Below are positions 53,036 to 64,000 of a stretch of 64,000 nucleotides of DNA, one piece after another. Every line of letters begins with the position of its first letter. Positions within the stretch are counted from its first letter, which is position 1. Location of the stretch: NCBI GenBank assembly GCA_951406725.2, contig OX597833.1, positions 22,754,001-22,818,000 of the forward strand. Direction: 5' to 3'. This DNA is from Octopus vulgaris. Its lineage: Eukaryota. The notes beneath the pieces are model-generated. The model worked only from the letters and a program-made list of their open reading frames with translations, did not search any database and was not told the DNA's origin. A program made the position numbers and the translations under genes.

Positions 53036-54744
53036 CTGCAATTACTATCCTTATGTTTTATCAAAATTCACATTAATTTATGTTCTAAAAACTAACTAGA
53101 TTCTTTATTAATTTCAAAATTAATTGAGATGAATGCAGTGTATATCAAAAGAAATATGGTAATGAAAAGATTAAGTTAACATTGGTACGTAACTAAATAC
53201 TTGCAAGACAAATTTCATCCCAACACAATGTAAAAGGTAAAACCCCTTTTGGTCATGAACGACCATGAGATTGTACCTAGAAAGTTCCCCTCCAAGGCAC
53301 AAGTCTAGGCAAAGTTGTTTATGGAAGACCAGCATCCATTCACCGGGCCACCGATGTGCTCCAAGGGAAAGACAAAAGCTGATACAGCTTGGCACCAGTA
53401 ACATCACAACTCATTTCTACAGATGAGTGAACTGGAGAAATGTGAAATAGAGTGTCTGGCTCAAAAACATATTCAACCCAGACCGGAAATCGAACTCACA
53501 AACTCATGATTGTGAGCCAAATGCTCTAACCACTGAGCCATGCAACTTCATAGTAATAATTCCTGATATTAACATTAGGGTACCTTCAGCATGAGCGTTC
53601 CAATGTCCTCTTTTCCAAGCATGCATGGGTCAAATGGAATTTGTTGACTTTCTACAGATGGCTGCCCATCCTGTTACTAACCTTCACTTGATTCCAAGCA
53701 AGATGTGTCTCACAAGAGAATGGAAATAAATAACACTGCCTGTATGTCAGTGATGCTCACAACCACCACGTGATGTCAAGACATGGGCACATACATATAT
53801 ATTGGGCTTCTTTCTGTTTCCAACTACCAAATCAACTCAGAAGGCTTTGGTTGGCCAAGAGACCTGCCCAAGTACTGCACAGTGGGACTGAACCTTAAAC
53901 CACACAGCTGGGAAGCTTGATATCTACAAAGCCCAAGCTGTAGAGCAGCATTATATCGTTTGATTAAATTAATTCTAGTATATGATTAGTACTCATTTTA
54001 TTGTCCCTAGAAGAAAAAAAAGTTGATTTCTGTGAGATTTAAACCCAAAACCCTAGGCATTTTTTTTCATCAAGCCAAGCGAAATTGTAGTCATGGCCAA
54101 TGCTGGTGTCATGTAAAAGCAGCCATTACACTCTTGGAGTGGTTGGCATTAGGAAGAGCATCCAGTCATAGAAACCATACCAAGTTAAACTGGAACCTGA
54201 TGCAGCTCTCAAGCTTATCACTTCCAGTCACACCACCACACCGATGCTAGCATGGAAAACGAACATTAAATGATAATGATGATGACTACAAATTCAGCCA
54301 TTTCCACAATTATATTAATTATAACATAGGCAGAAGACCGCAGATGTAAGGAGAGGAAACTGACAAATAGTTATCATCATCACCATTTTAACATCCATTT
54401 TGCATGCTTGTACAGGTCAAACAGAATTTGTTGAGGCAGATTTCTATGAACTTTACATTGCAACCCTCATCTGTTTCCAAGCTAATATTTCCTCAATGGA
54501 CAAGCATGTTTTCCTAGAAGACTAAAAACAAAAGACACTACTTGTATGAAATGATGCTCAATTCAAACTATCACATGATGTCAAGACAAGGAATCACAAA
54601 CATACACAACCGTACATGTGCACACACACACGACCAGTTGCCATCTACCAAATCCATTCACAAGGCCCTGTGTGAGCTTGTAGCAGAGGACACTTGGCCA
54701 AAAGGAAGGGCTCTGTCAGAGGAGAAAAAAACAGCGCATGATAC

Positions 54745-54832
54745 TTTTTGGAATTTCTGTAAGTAGGAAGAGGAGGAAGAGAATTTGCCTTCAGATCAGA
54801 AACCTTGCTTACTTGTGACAGAATGGACTCTG
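54745..54832 (-). CDS. Candidate upstream exon (AESILSQ...), duplicated at ~61262-61349
   Basis: cctttag| acceptor; donor gtaagc (exon ends 54813) or gtatca (ends 54745). Each pairs in frame with one micro-exon variant. Confidence 0.3.
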
Positions 54833-55289
54833 CTAAAGGAACTGAAGGGATTAAAGGCAAAACTGACCTTGGTAGGATTTGAACTCTGAATGTAAAGAAC
54901 CAGAACAATACCATAAATTATGCTATCTGACACTAATAAGTATGCCGTTTTGCCACCTTGATAATAATTGGTTTTGAAGACCAGGAATTTAGAGGGGAGG
55001 TGGACTGATTAAATTGACACTTGTACTTGACTGGTACTTTATCGATCCTCGGAGGATAAAATACAAAGTTTGACCATGACAAAATTTAAACTCACAAAAA
55101 AAAAAAGAAAAAAAAAATCCTGTAAATACTACAAGGCATTCTGTCTGATGATCTATCAAATTCTGCCAATCACTGTTTTTCAAAGCCATTTGATAAAAGT
55201 CCATTATTTTCGAAATTTTGAAACAAAAGGCAGTGTCAAAAAGATTTAGCGTGAATCACTACCTTCAATCACTATTTCATATATATATA

Positions 55290-55677
55290 CTCTTTTACTT
55301 GTTTCAGTCATTTGACTGTGGCCATGCCGGAGCACCGCCTTTAGTCGAGCAAATTGACCCCGGGTCTTATTCTTTGTAAGCAAAGTACTTATTCTATCGG
55401 TCTCTTTTGCAGAACTGCTAGGTGACTGGGATGTAAACACACCAGCATGGGTTGTCAAGCAATGCTAGGGGGACAAACACAGACACACATATACATATAT
55501 ATATACATATATACGACAGGCTTCTTTCAGTTTCCATCTACCAAATCCACTCACAAGGCATTGGTCGGCCCGGGGCTATAGCAGAAGACACTTGCCCAAG
55601 ATGCCATGCAGTGGATCTGAACCCGGAACCATGTGGTGGGTTAGCAAGCTACTTAGCACACAGCCACTCCTGCGCCT
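55290..55677 (-). mobile_element. Full-length tRNA-derived SINE (duplicated at ~61760-62155)
   Basis: Minus strand head ggcgcaggagtggctgtgtg... with internal CA/TA repeat. Confidence 0.75.
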
Positions 55678-57546
55678 ATGTATATATATATATATATATA
55701 ATTGGACTCTCTTGTCATTAGACAACGTATGAGGGTTTGGCAATTTCATGCTGAAAAACCACACAGATCATTTGTTTGCAGTGATCAAATGTTTGTGTTC
55801 ACATAACCTCACTCCCTCCATCAGATCAACATTACCTGTACAGGTGCACCACGTGTCACATGTCAGATGGCGAAACGATCACAGAGCAACGTGAAATGAA
55901 GTGCTCTGCTCAAAGAACACAATGCAACGTCCGGTCTTGGAATCAAAACCACCATCTTGCAATCGTGAGTGCAACACTGTAACCACTAAGTCATGCACCA
56001 TCACGATATATATATATATATATATGTGTGTATATATATGCACAGGCATGGTTGTGTGGTTGAGTAGCTTGCTTTCAATCCATGTGGGTTTGGGTTCATG
56101 TGGTACTTTGAGCAAGTGTCTTTAAACTACCCACTTGGCATGAACAATGTTTGCTTGTCTAAATCCCCCCGTAACTTAGCAGTTCAGCAAAAGAGACAAC
56201 AGAACAAGTACCAGACACAGAAAAAAAAATTGTAATAAATACTGGGTTGATTGATCTGTTTGAACTCTTGAAGGCAATACGCCAAAACAGCTGCTGCAGT
56301 CCAATGAGTGATGTTAGCAAATGTGTGTGTGTGTGTATTGCTGTGAGGGTTTTGCATGTAAACAGATTCAACATATAAAAAGAAAAAAGCAGCCTCTCCA
56401 TCACTTCACACATGACTGATTAGCACCAGCACCCCCACTATACTCTGTAAAGTGGTTGGCATTAACAAGGGTATCCAGTTGTAGAAACAATGCCAAAGAT
56501 GTCATTGGAACTTGACATGGCCTTGCAGTTCGCCAATATCTGTCAAACCATCCTACCCATGCCAGTATGGTAAGTGAACATTAAATGATAATGCTGGACC
56601 TGATACACTGCCTGGTCCAGGAATCAAACCTCTGACCACTAAATGATTCTACACTAAATAACATATGAATCTAGTGAATGAATGCATGCATGCATATAAA
56701 TATATAAAAGCATTATTGCTGTTAAAAACAGCAATAATGAGGTGGTTAGGAAGACTTCTACCTTAATAGGTGCAATATTAAATATTTGAATAAAAGGGTA
56801 AAAATACTGCTTGCCAAAGATGAAAGCGAAAGCTTCAAAAACCACCAATCCTACGATTAAATACACAAACGAACAATGCAATGAACAACAGAGTGGGACG
56901 TTTAAAGTTCAAAACGCACACAAGTTGACGTAGTTAATATTTTGGAAATAGATGTTGCTATCTCCAACTGAAGATTGCAAAGCATGTTTTCTCATGAACA
57001 GCATGAAATCAATTGATATTGGGGTATGTAAACTACCTTCAAATTCCATCCTGAAGGTAAGCCTATTTTTTAAAGTGTTCATGATGATGATGATGATTCA
57101 CTGCATTGCTCGTGTGTGTATTTATTGTAGGATTGGAGGTTTTTGAACCTTTCGCTTTCATATATATATGCTATGTTGGAAAAACATGTGAGCACAATTC
57201 AGCACAGGAATGATTGTTAAAAATATCGTCTCATACCTTCCACAGTGTACTAGCAAATCCCAACCTTCAATTTACTCCCTTAGCAATAATCTGCCCCAGA
57301 CTGCAAGATCAGGATCAACTGCTACAGTTCTTAGGGAAACAGACTTCACACATCACAGACATGGAGTCTTGTCTTGGGAAGCAGTGATTCAGGATAACAT
57401 TTTGCAAGCAAGACAAATTCTGACAATCAGAAAGCAGGCATCCAGCCTAAAGAGCAGTAGCAGAATACATACTGATACAGTGTAGAGGAGGCGCTTCAAT
57501 TTTGCAATAAAAAAAACTAAAAAAACTGAGTCGAATCAAAGAAAAC

Positions 57547-57586
<40 letters not shown>

Positions 57587-57590
<4 letters not shown>

Positions 57591-57862
57591 AGCACCGCCT
57601 TGACTGGCTTCCATGCCGGTGGCAAGTAAAAAGCTCCAACTGATTATGGCCGATGCCAGACTCCCCTGGCACCTGTGCCGGTGGCACGTAAAAAGCATCC
57701 ACTACACTCATGGAGTGGTTGGCATTAGGAAAGGCATCCAGCTGTAGAAACACTGCCAGATCAGACTGGAGCCTGGTGCAGCCTCCTGGCTTTCCAGACC
57801 CTGGTCGAACTGTCCAACCCGTGCTAGCACGGAAAACGGACGTTAAACGATGATGATGATGA
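57587..57862 (+). mobile_element. Short 3'-end-only copy of the RTE LINE family (or partner SINE)
   Basis: Matches 44136-44421 including the (GAT)n tail; flanked by (TA)n. Confidence 0.85.
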
Positions 57863-57929
57863 TATATATACATACATACAACATATACAAAATCTGCTGA
57901 ATCATTATTGTGTTGATGTAAAAATATTC

Positions 57930-58165
57930 AGTTGTCAAATCAACAAATATGTAAATCAGTTGACCTGACCTAAATCTAAGTGGGACACTTGGATTGTCAA
58001 ACCAATACCAATATATAAATTAGTTTGACCTGACCTACATCTATGCTGTGGGTCATTCACAAGTGTCAAACCAACACCAATGTATTAGCTGACTTGGCCT
58101 ACCTCTAAGTATAAGTCACATACACTTGTCAAATCAAAGCAAATATGTAAATTAGTTGACCTGTC
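57930..58165. repeat. Degenerate ~55-65-bp tandem repeat x4
   Basis: Repeated gtcaaa..aa..aa.at.taaat.agttgacctg units. Confidence 0.6.
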
Positions 58166-58714
58166 CTGCATCTATTCTATGGGTCATTCAGCATTAACAA
58201 TGAGTAAGTGGGGTTTAACAACAAAGCTAACAGCTCAGGCTCCAAGTAGAGAAATAATTTCTAACACAGCTTATTAAGCTGGAGGAGTCAATTTCTTAGA
58301 CTAGTCATTATTCTAGTCACCTCTTAGAAGAATAAAGGCTAAAGTCAACCCTGAGGAAGTTTGAACTCAAAATGTAAAACGGGTAAGGCACAATTTCTGA
58401 AGACCTACCAGGTACCTAACTTCCTTATCATAATAATAGTAATCACAACACCAACCTATTATAGGCACAAGGCCTGAAACTTGGTGGGAGGGAATGGTCA
58501 ATTACACTGATCCTGGCACTTATTTCTATCAACTCAAAGAATGAAAGGCCAAGTCAACCTTGGCAGAATTTCAACGCAGAACACAATGATGGATGAAATG
58601 CTGCTGAGTATTTTGTTCAAAGTACTAATGATTCTGCCGCTCACAGCCACAATTCCTTAAATAACCCTCTCTACTACAGGCACAAGGTGTGAAATACGGA
58701 GGTAAGGGGAATAG

Positions 58715-59397
58715 TCAATCATATAAACTGGTAGGAGAAGGGTAACTGCTATTACTCAAGTTTGTTGTTGACACTTCTGTTTCTGAACTTGTTGCCCGAC
58801 CTTTGTCAAGGCTTGTGTTTTTCTTCTTGCGGCTTATCCGGTAGTCTTTTGAATCTTTCCCTTCCTTGTGCAGGATCTGAGTTAGCTTTTGATGACGTGC
58901 GTTGACGAACCAGGCTGAAACCTGTTTCTGCTTTATGTTCAGAATAGTCGCCATCTTCAGTATATCATCCTCACTGGGATACGCATGGTAGCGGTTCGAC
59001 TTGAGCCAATCAGTCATTACACGAACTGCCTTTTTTGGCAGATTTCCTTGATACTGACGTTTGCACCTGTCCTCAGAGGCAATCACATTTTTTTCTTGTG
59101 GTGTTGCTGCTACTGCTGCTGTAGATTTTGCAGAAGGCACTACACAGGAGGCAATGACAGAATTCATTGGATTTTTAACAACAGGTTGAAGCGGTGAGAG
59201 ATTGGCAAAGGGCTTGACCTGCCGAGAAAATGGAGTGCTACAGATCTGATCTGGCAGTAGCAAGGTCTCCTCTTTTATAGCAACAGACTTCAGTGGTAAG
59301 TTCACATGGTGGTGGTCGTGTTGTTGGTGATGATGGCTGTTATATGTGGAATATGTTGTTAATGGATCTACACTGGGCTCAGCTTTGATCTTGGTTA
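58715..59397 (-). CDS. TGIF: TGIF-type TALE homeobox exon, copy D (divergent homeodomain)
   Basis: RQYQGNLPKKAVRVMTDWLKSNRYHAYPSEDDILKMATILNIKQKQVSAWFVNARHQKL; open from the acceptor to PSPTSLYD*. Confidence 0.8.
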
Positions 59398-62153
59398 CTG
59401 AAAAAGAAAAAAGAAAAGGAAAAAATATTAATGAGGATCAATACAAAGAAAATATATTTAAGTAATACTTTATCAAATAAAGAAAGACGAAAAGCTTAAC
59501 TTCTTTTATTACCAACCTCCTTGAGACTGCTCTTTCTTCTGCAATACTATCCTTCTGTTTTATCAAAATTCACATTAATTTATGTTCTAAAAACTAACTA
59601 GATTCTTTAATAATTTCAAAATTAATTGAACTGAATGCAGTGTATATCAAAAGAAATATGGTAATGAAAGGATTAAGTCAACACTGGTACGTAACTATAT
59701 ACTTGCAAGACAAATTTCATCCCAACACAATGTAAAAGGTAAAAACCCCTTTTGGTCATGAATGACCATGAGATTGTACCTAGAAAGTTCCCCTCCAAGG
59801 CACAAGTCTAGGCAAAGTTGTTTATGGAAGACCAGCATCCATTCACCGCGCCACCGATGTGCTCCAAGGGAAAGACAAAGGTTGATACAGCTTGGCACCA
59901 GTAACATCACAACTCATTTCTACAGATGAGTGAACTGGAGAAATGTGAAATAGAGTGTCTGGCTCAATAACATATTCAACCCAGACCGGAAATCGATCTC
60001 ACAAACTCATGATTGTGAGCCAAATGCTCTAACCACTGAGCCATGCAAATTCATAGTAATAATTCCTGATATTAACATTAGGGTACCTTCAGCATGAGCG
60101 TTCCAATGTCCTCTTTTCCAAGCATGCATGGGTCAAATGGAATTTGTTGACTTTCTACAGATGGCTGCCCATCCTGTTACTAACCTTCATTTGATTCCAA
60201 GCAAGATGTGTCTCACAAGAGAATGGAAATAAATAACACTGCCTGTATGTCAGTGATGCTCACAACCACCACGTGATGTCAAGGCATGGGCACATACATA
60301 TATATTGGGCTTCTTTCTGTTTCCAACTACCAAATCAACTCAGAAGGCTTTGGTTGGCCAAGAGACCTGCCCAAGTACTGCACAGTGGGACTGAACCTGA
60401 AACCACACAGCTGGGAAGCTTGATATCTACAAAGCCCAAGTTGTAGAGCAGCATTATATCGTTTGATTAAATTAATTCTATTATATGATTAGTACTCGTT
60501 TTATTGTCCCCAGAAGAATAAAAATTGAAGTTGATTTCTGTGAGATTTAAACCCAAAACCCTAGGCATTTTTTTTCATCAAGCCAAGCGAAATTGTAGTC
60601 ATGGCCAATGCTGGTATCATGTAAAAGCAGCCATTACACTCTTGGAGTGGTTGGCATTAGGAAGAGCATCCAGTCATAGAAACCATACCAAGTTAAACCG
60701 GAACCTGATGCAGCTCTCAAGCTTATCACTTCCAGTCACACCACCAAACTGATGCTAGCATGGAAAACGAACATTAAATGATAATGATGATGACTGCAAA
60801 TTCAGCCATTTCCACAATTATATTAATTATAACATAGGCAGAAGACCACAGATGTAAGGAGAGGAAACTGACAAATAGTTATCATCATCACCATTTTAAC
60901 ATCCATTTTGCATGCTTGTACAGGTCAAACAGAATTTGTTGAGGCAGATTTCTATGAACTTTACATTGCAACCCTCATCTGTTTCCAAGCTAATATTTCC
61001 TCAATGGACAAGCATGTTTTCCTAGAAGACTAAAAACAAAAGACACTACTTGTATGAAATGATGCTCAATTCAAACTATCACATGATGTCAAGACAAGGA
61101 ATCACAAACATACACAACCGTACATGTGCACACACACACGACCAGTTGCCATCTACCAAATCCATCTACCAAATCACAAGGCTTTGTGTGAGCTTGTAGC
61201 AGAGGACACTTGGCCAAAAGGAAGGGCTCTGTCAGAGGAGAAAAAAAGCAGCGCATGATACTTTTTGGAATTTCTGTAAGTAGGAAGAGGAGGAAGAGAA
61301 TTTGCCTTCAGATCAGAAACCTTGCTTACTTGTGACAGAATGGACTCTGCTAAAGGAACTGAAGGGATTAAAGGCAAAACTGACCTTGGTAGGATTTGAA
61401 CTCTGAATGTAAAGAACCAGAATAATACCATAAAATATGCTATCTGACACTAATAAGTATGCCATTTTGCCACCTTGATAATAATTGGTTTTGAAGACCA
61501 GGAATTTAGAGGCGAGGTGGACTGATTAAATTGACACTTGTACTTGACTGGTACTTTATCGATCCTCGGAGGATAAAATACAAAGTTGACCATGGCAAAA
61601 TTTAAACTCACAAAAAAAAAAAAGAAAAAAAAATCCTATAAATACTGCAAGGCACCATTTGATAAAAGTCCATTATTTTTGAAATTTTGAAACAAAAGGC
61701 AGCGTCAAAAGGATTTAGCGTGAATCACGACCTTCAATCACTATTTCATATATATATACTCTTTTACTTGTTTCAGTCATTTGACTGCGGCCATGCTGGA
61801 GCACCGCCTTTAGTCGAGCAAATTGACCCCGGGTCTTATTCTTTGTAAGCAAAGTACTTATTCTATCGGTCTCTTTTGCCGAACCGCTAGGTGACTGGGA
61901 TGTAAACACACCAGCATGGGTTGTCAAGCAATGCTAGGGGGACAAACACAGAGACACAAAAACACATTTATACATATATATATACATATATACGACAGGC
62001 TTCTTTCAGTTTCCATCTACCAAATCCACTCACAAGGCATTGGTCGGCCCGGGGCTATAGAAGAAGACACTTGCCCAAGATGCCATGGAGTGGGACTGAA
62101 CCCGGAACCATGTGGTGGGTTAGCAAGCTACTTACCACACAGCCACTCCTGCG

Positions 62154-62204
<51 letters not shown>

Positions 62205-64000
62205 GGACTCTCTTGTCATTAGACAACGCATGAGGGTTTGGCAATTTCTTGCTGAAAAACCACACAGATCATTTGTTTGCAGTGATCAAATGTTTGTGTT
62301 CACATAACCTCACTCCCTCCATCAGATCAACATTACCTGTACAGGTGCACCACGTGTCACATGTCAGATGGCGAAACGATCACAGAGCAACGTGAAATGA
62401 AGTGCTCTGCTCAAAGAACACAATGCAACGTCCGGTCTTGGAATCAAAACCACCATCTTGCAATCGTGAGTGCAACAGTGTAACCACTAAGTCATGCACC
62501 ATCACGATATATATATATATATATGTGTATATATATGCACAGGCATGGTTGGGTGGTTGAGTAGCTTGCTTTCAATCTATGTGGGTTTGGGTTCATGTGG
62601 TACTTTGAGCAAGTGTCTTTAAACTACCCAATTGGCATGAACAATGTTTGCTTGTCTACATCCCCCCGTAACTTAGCAGTTCAGCAAAAGAGACAACAGA
62701 ACAAGTACCAGAAAACAGAAAAAAAAAATTGTAATAAATACTGGGTTGATTGATCTGTTTGAACTCTTGAAGGCAATACACCAAAACAGCTGCTGCAGTC
62801 CAATGAGTGATGTTAGCAAATGTGTGTGTGTGTGTATTGCTGTGAGGGTTTTGCATGTAAACAGATTCAACATATAAAAAGAAAAAAGCAGCCTCTCCAT
62901 CACTTCACACATGACTGATTAGCACCAGCACCCCTACTATACTCTGTAAAGTGGTTGGCATTAACAAGGGTATCCAGTTGTAGAAACAATGCCAAAGATG
63001 TCATTGGAACTTGACATGGCCTTGCAGTTCGCCGATATCTGTCAAACCATCCTACCCATGCCAGTATGGTAAGTGAACATTAAATGATAATGCTGGACCT
63101 GATACACTGCCTGGTCCAGGAATCAAACCTCTGACCACTAAATAATTCTACACTAAATAACATATGAATCTAGTGAATGAATGCATGCAAGCATATATAT
63201 ATATGAAAGCATTATTGCTATTAAAAACAGCAATAATGAGACACCTTAATAGGTGTAATATTAGATATATGAATAAAAGGGTAAAAATACTGCTTGCCAA
63301 AGATGAAAGCGAAAGCTTCAAAAACCACCAATCCTACGATTAACTACACACACGAGCAATGCAATGAAGAACAGAGTGGGACGTTTAAAGTTCAAAACGC
63401 ACACGAGTTGACATAGTTTATATTTTGGAAATAGATGTTGCTATCTCCAACTGAAGATTGCAAAGCATGTTTTCTCATGAACAGCATGAAATCAATTGAT
63501 ATTGGGGTATGTAAACTACCTTCAAATTCCATCCTGAAGGTAAGCCTATTTTTTAAAGTGTTCATGATGATGATGATGATTCACTGCATTGCTCGTGTGT
63601 GTATTTATTGTAGGATTGGAGGTTTTTGAACCTTTCGCTTTCATATATATATGCTATGTTGGAAAAACATGTGAGCACAATTCAGCACATGAATGATTGT
63701 TAAAAATATCGTCTCATACCTTCCACAGTGTACTAGCAAATCCCAACCTTCAATTTACTCCCTTAGCAATAATCTGCCCCAGACTGCAAGATCAGGATCA
63801 ACTGCAACAGTTCTTAGGGAAACAGACTTCACACATCACAGACATGGAGTCTTGTTTTGGGAAGCAGTGATTCAGGATAACATTTTGCAAGCAAGACAAA
63901 CTCTGACAATCAGAAAGCAGGCATCCAGCCTAAAGAGCAGTAGCAGAATACATACTGATACAGTGTAGAGGAGGCGCTTCAATTTTGCATTAAAAAAAAA

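Larger units (their letters stand above)
49358..64000. repeat. Recent tandem segmental duplication: two short units (~1.43 and ~1.61 kb spacing) and two ~6.5-kb units, running off the window end
   Basis: Acceptor ttggttactg at 49861, 51291, 52901 and 59391; 52213-57515 is collinear with 58715-64000 at an offset of ~6.5 kb. Confidence 0.95.

Noticed and set aside
57210-57485. 91-aa ORF conserved at 63693
   Set aside because: Conservation is explained by the recent 6.5-kb duplication. A minus-strand AG..GT segment here (57237-57447) has a stop in the frame checked; at most a UTR exon.

Overview
AT-rich, microsatellite-dense eukaryotic DNA; the repeat families suggest a coleoid cephalopod, probably Octopus (inferred, not searched). 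Left half: the last five coding exons of a + strand SLC16/MCT-family transporter (13062-25262, all phase-1 GT-AG introns; 5' exons not found in the window), among tRNA-SINEs, R4/Dong-like, Penelope-like and RTE remnants. Middle: a nearly intact RTE LINE with a C4HC3 PHD-like finger inside its RT protein, a Helitron-like element, a second RTE with a 428-bp fold-back inverted duplication and a GT31 galactosyltransferase pseudogene fragment. Right end (48.8-64 kb): a recent tandem array of TGIF-type TALE homeobox exons on the - strand. Two copies carry divergent homeodomains and two share a precise in-frame 156-bp homeodomain deletion. At least four type I hammerhead-ribozyme motifs are scattered through the window, two with the same non-canonical U4C core. 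Most short ORFs in the track are microsatellite or repeat artefacts.
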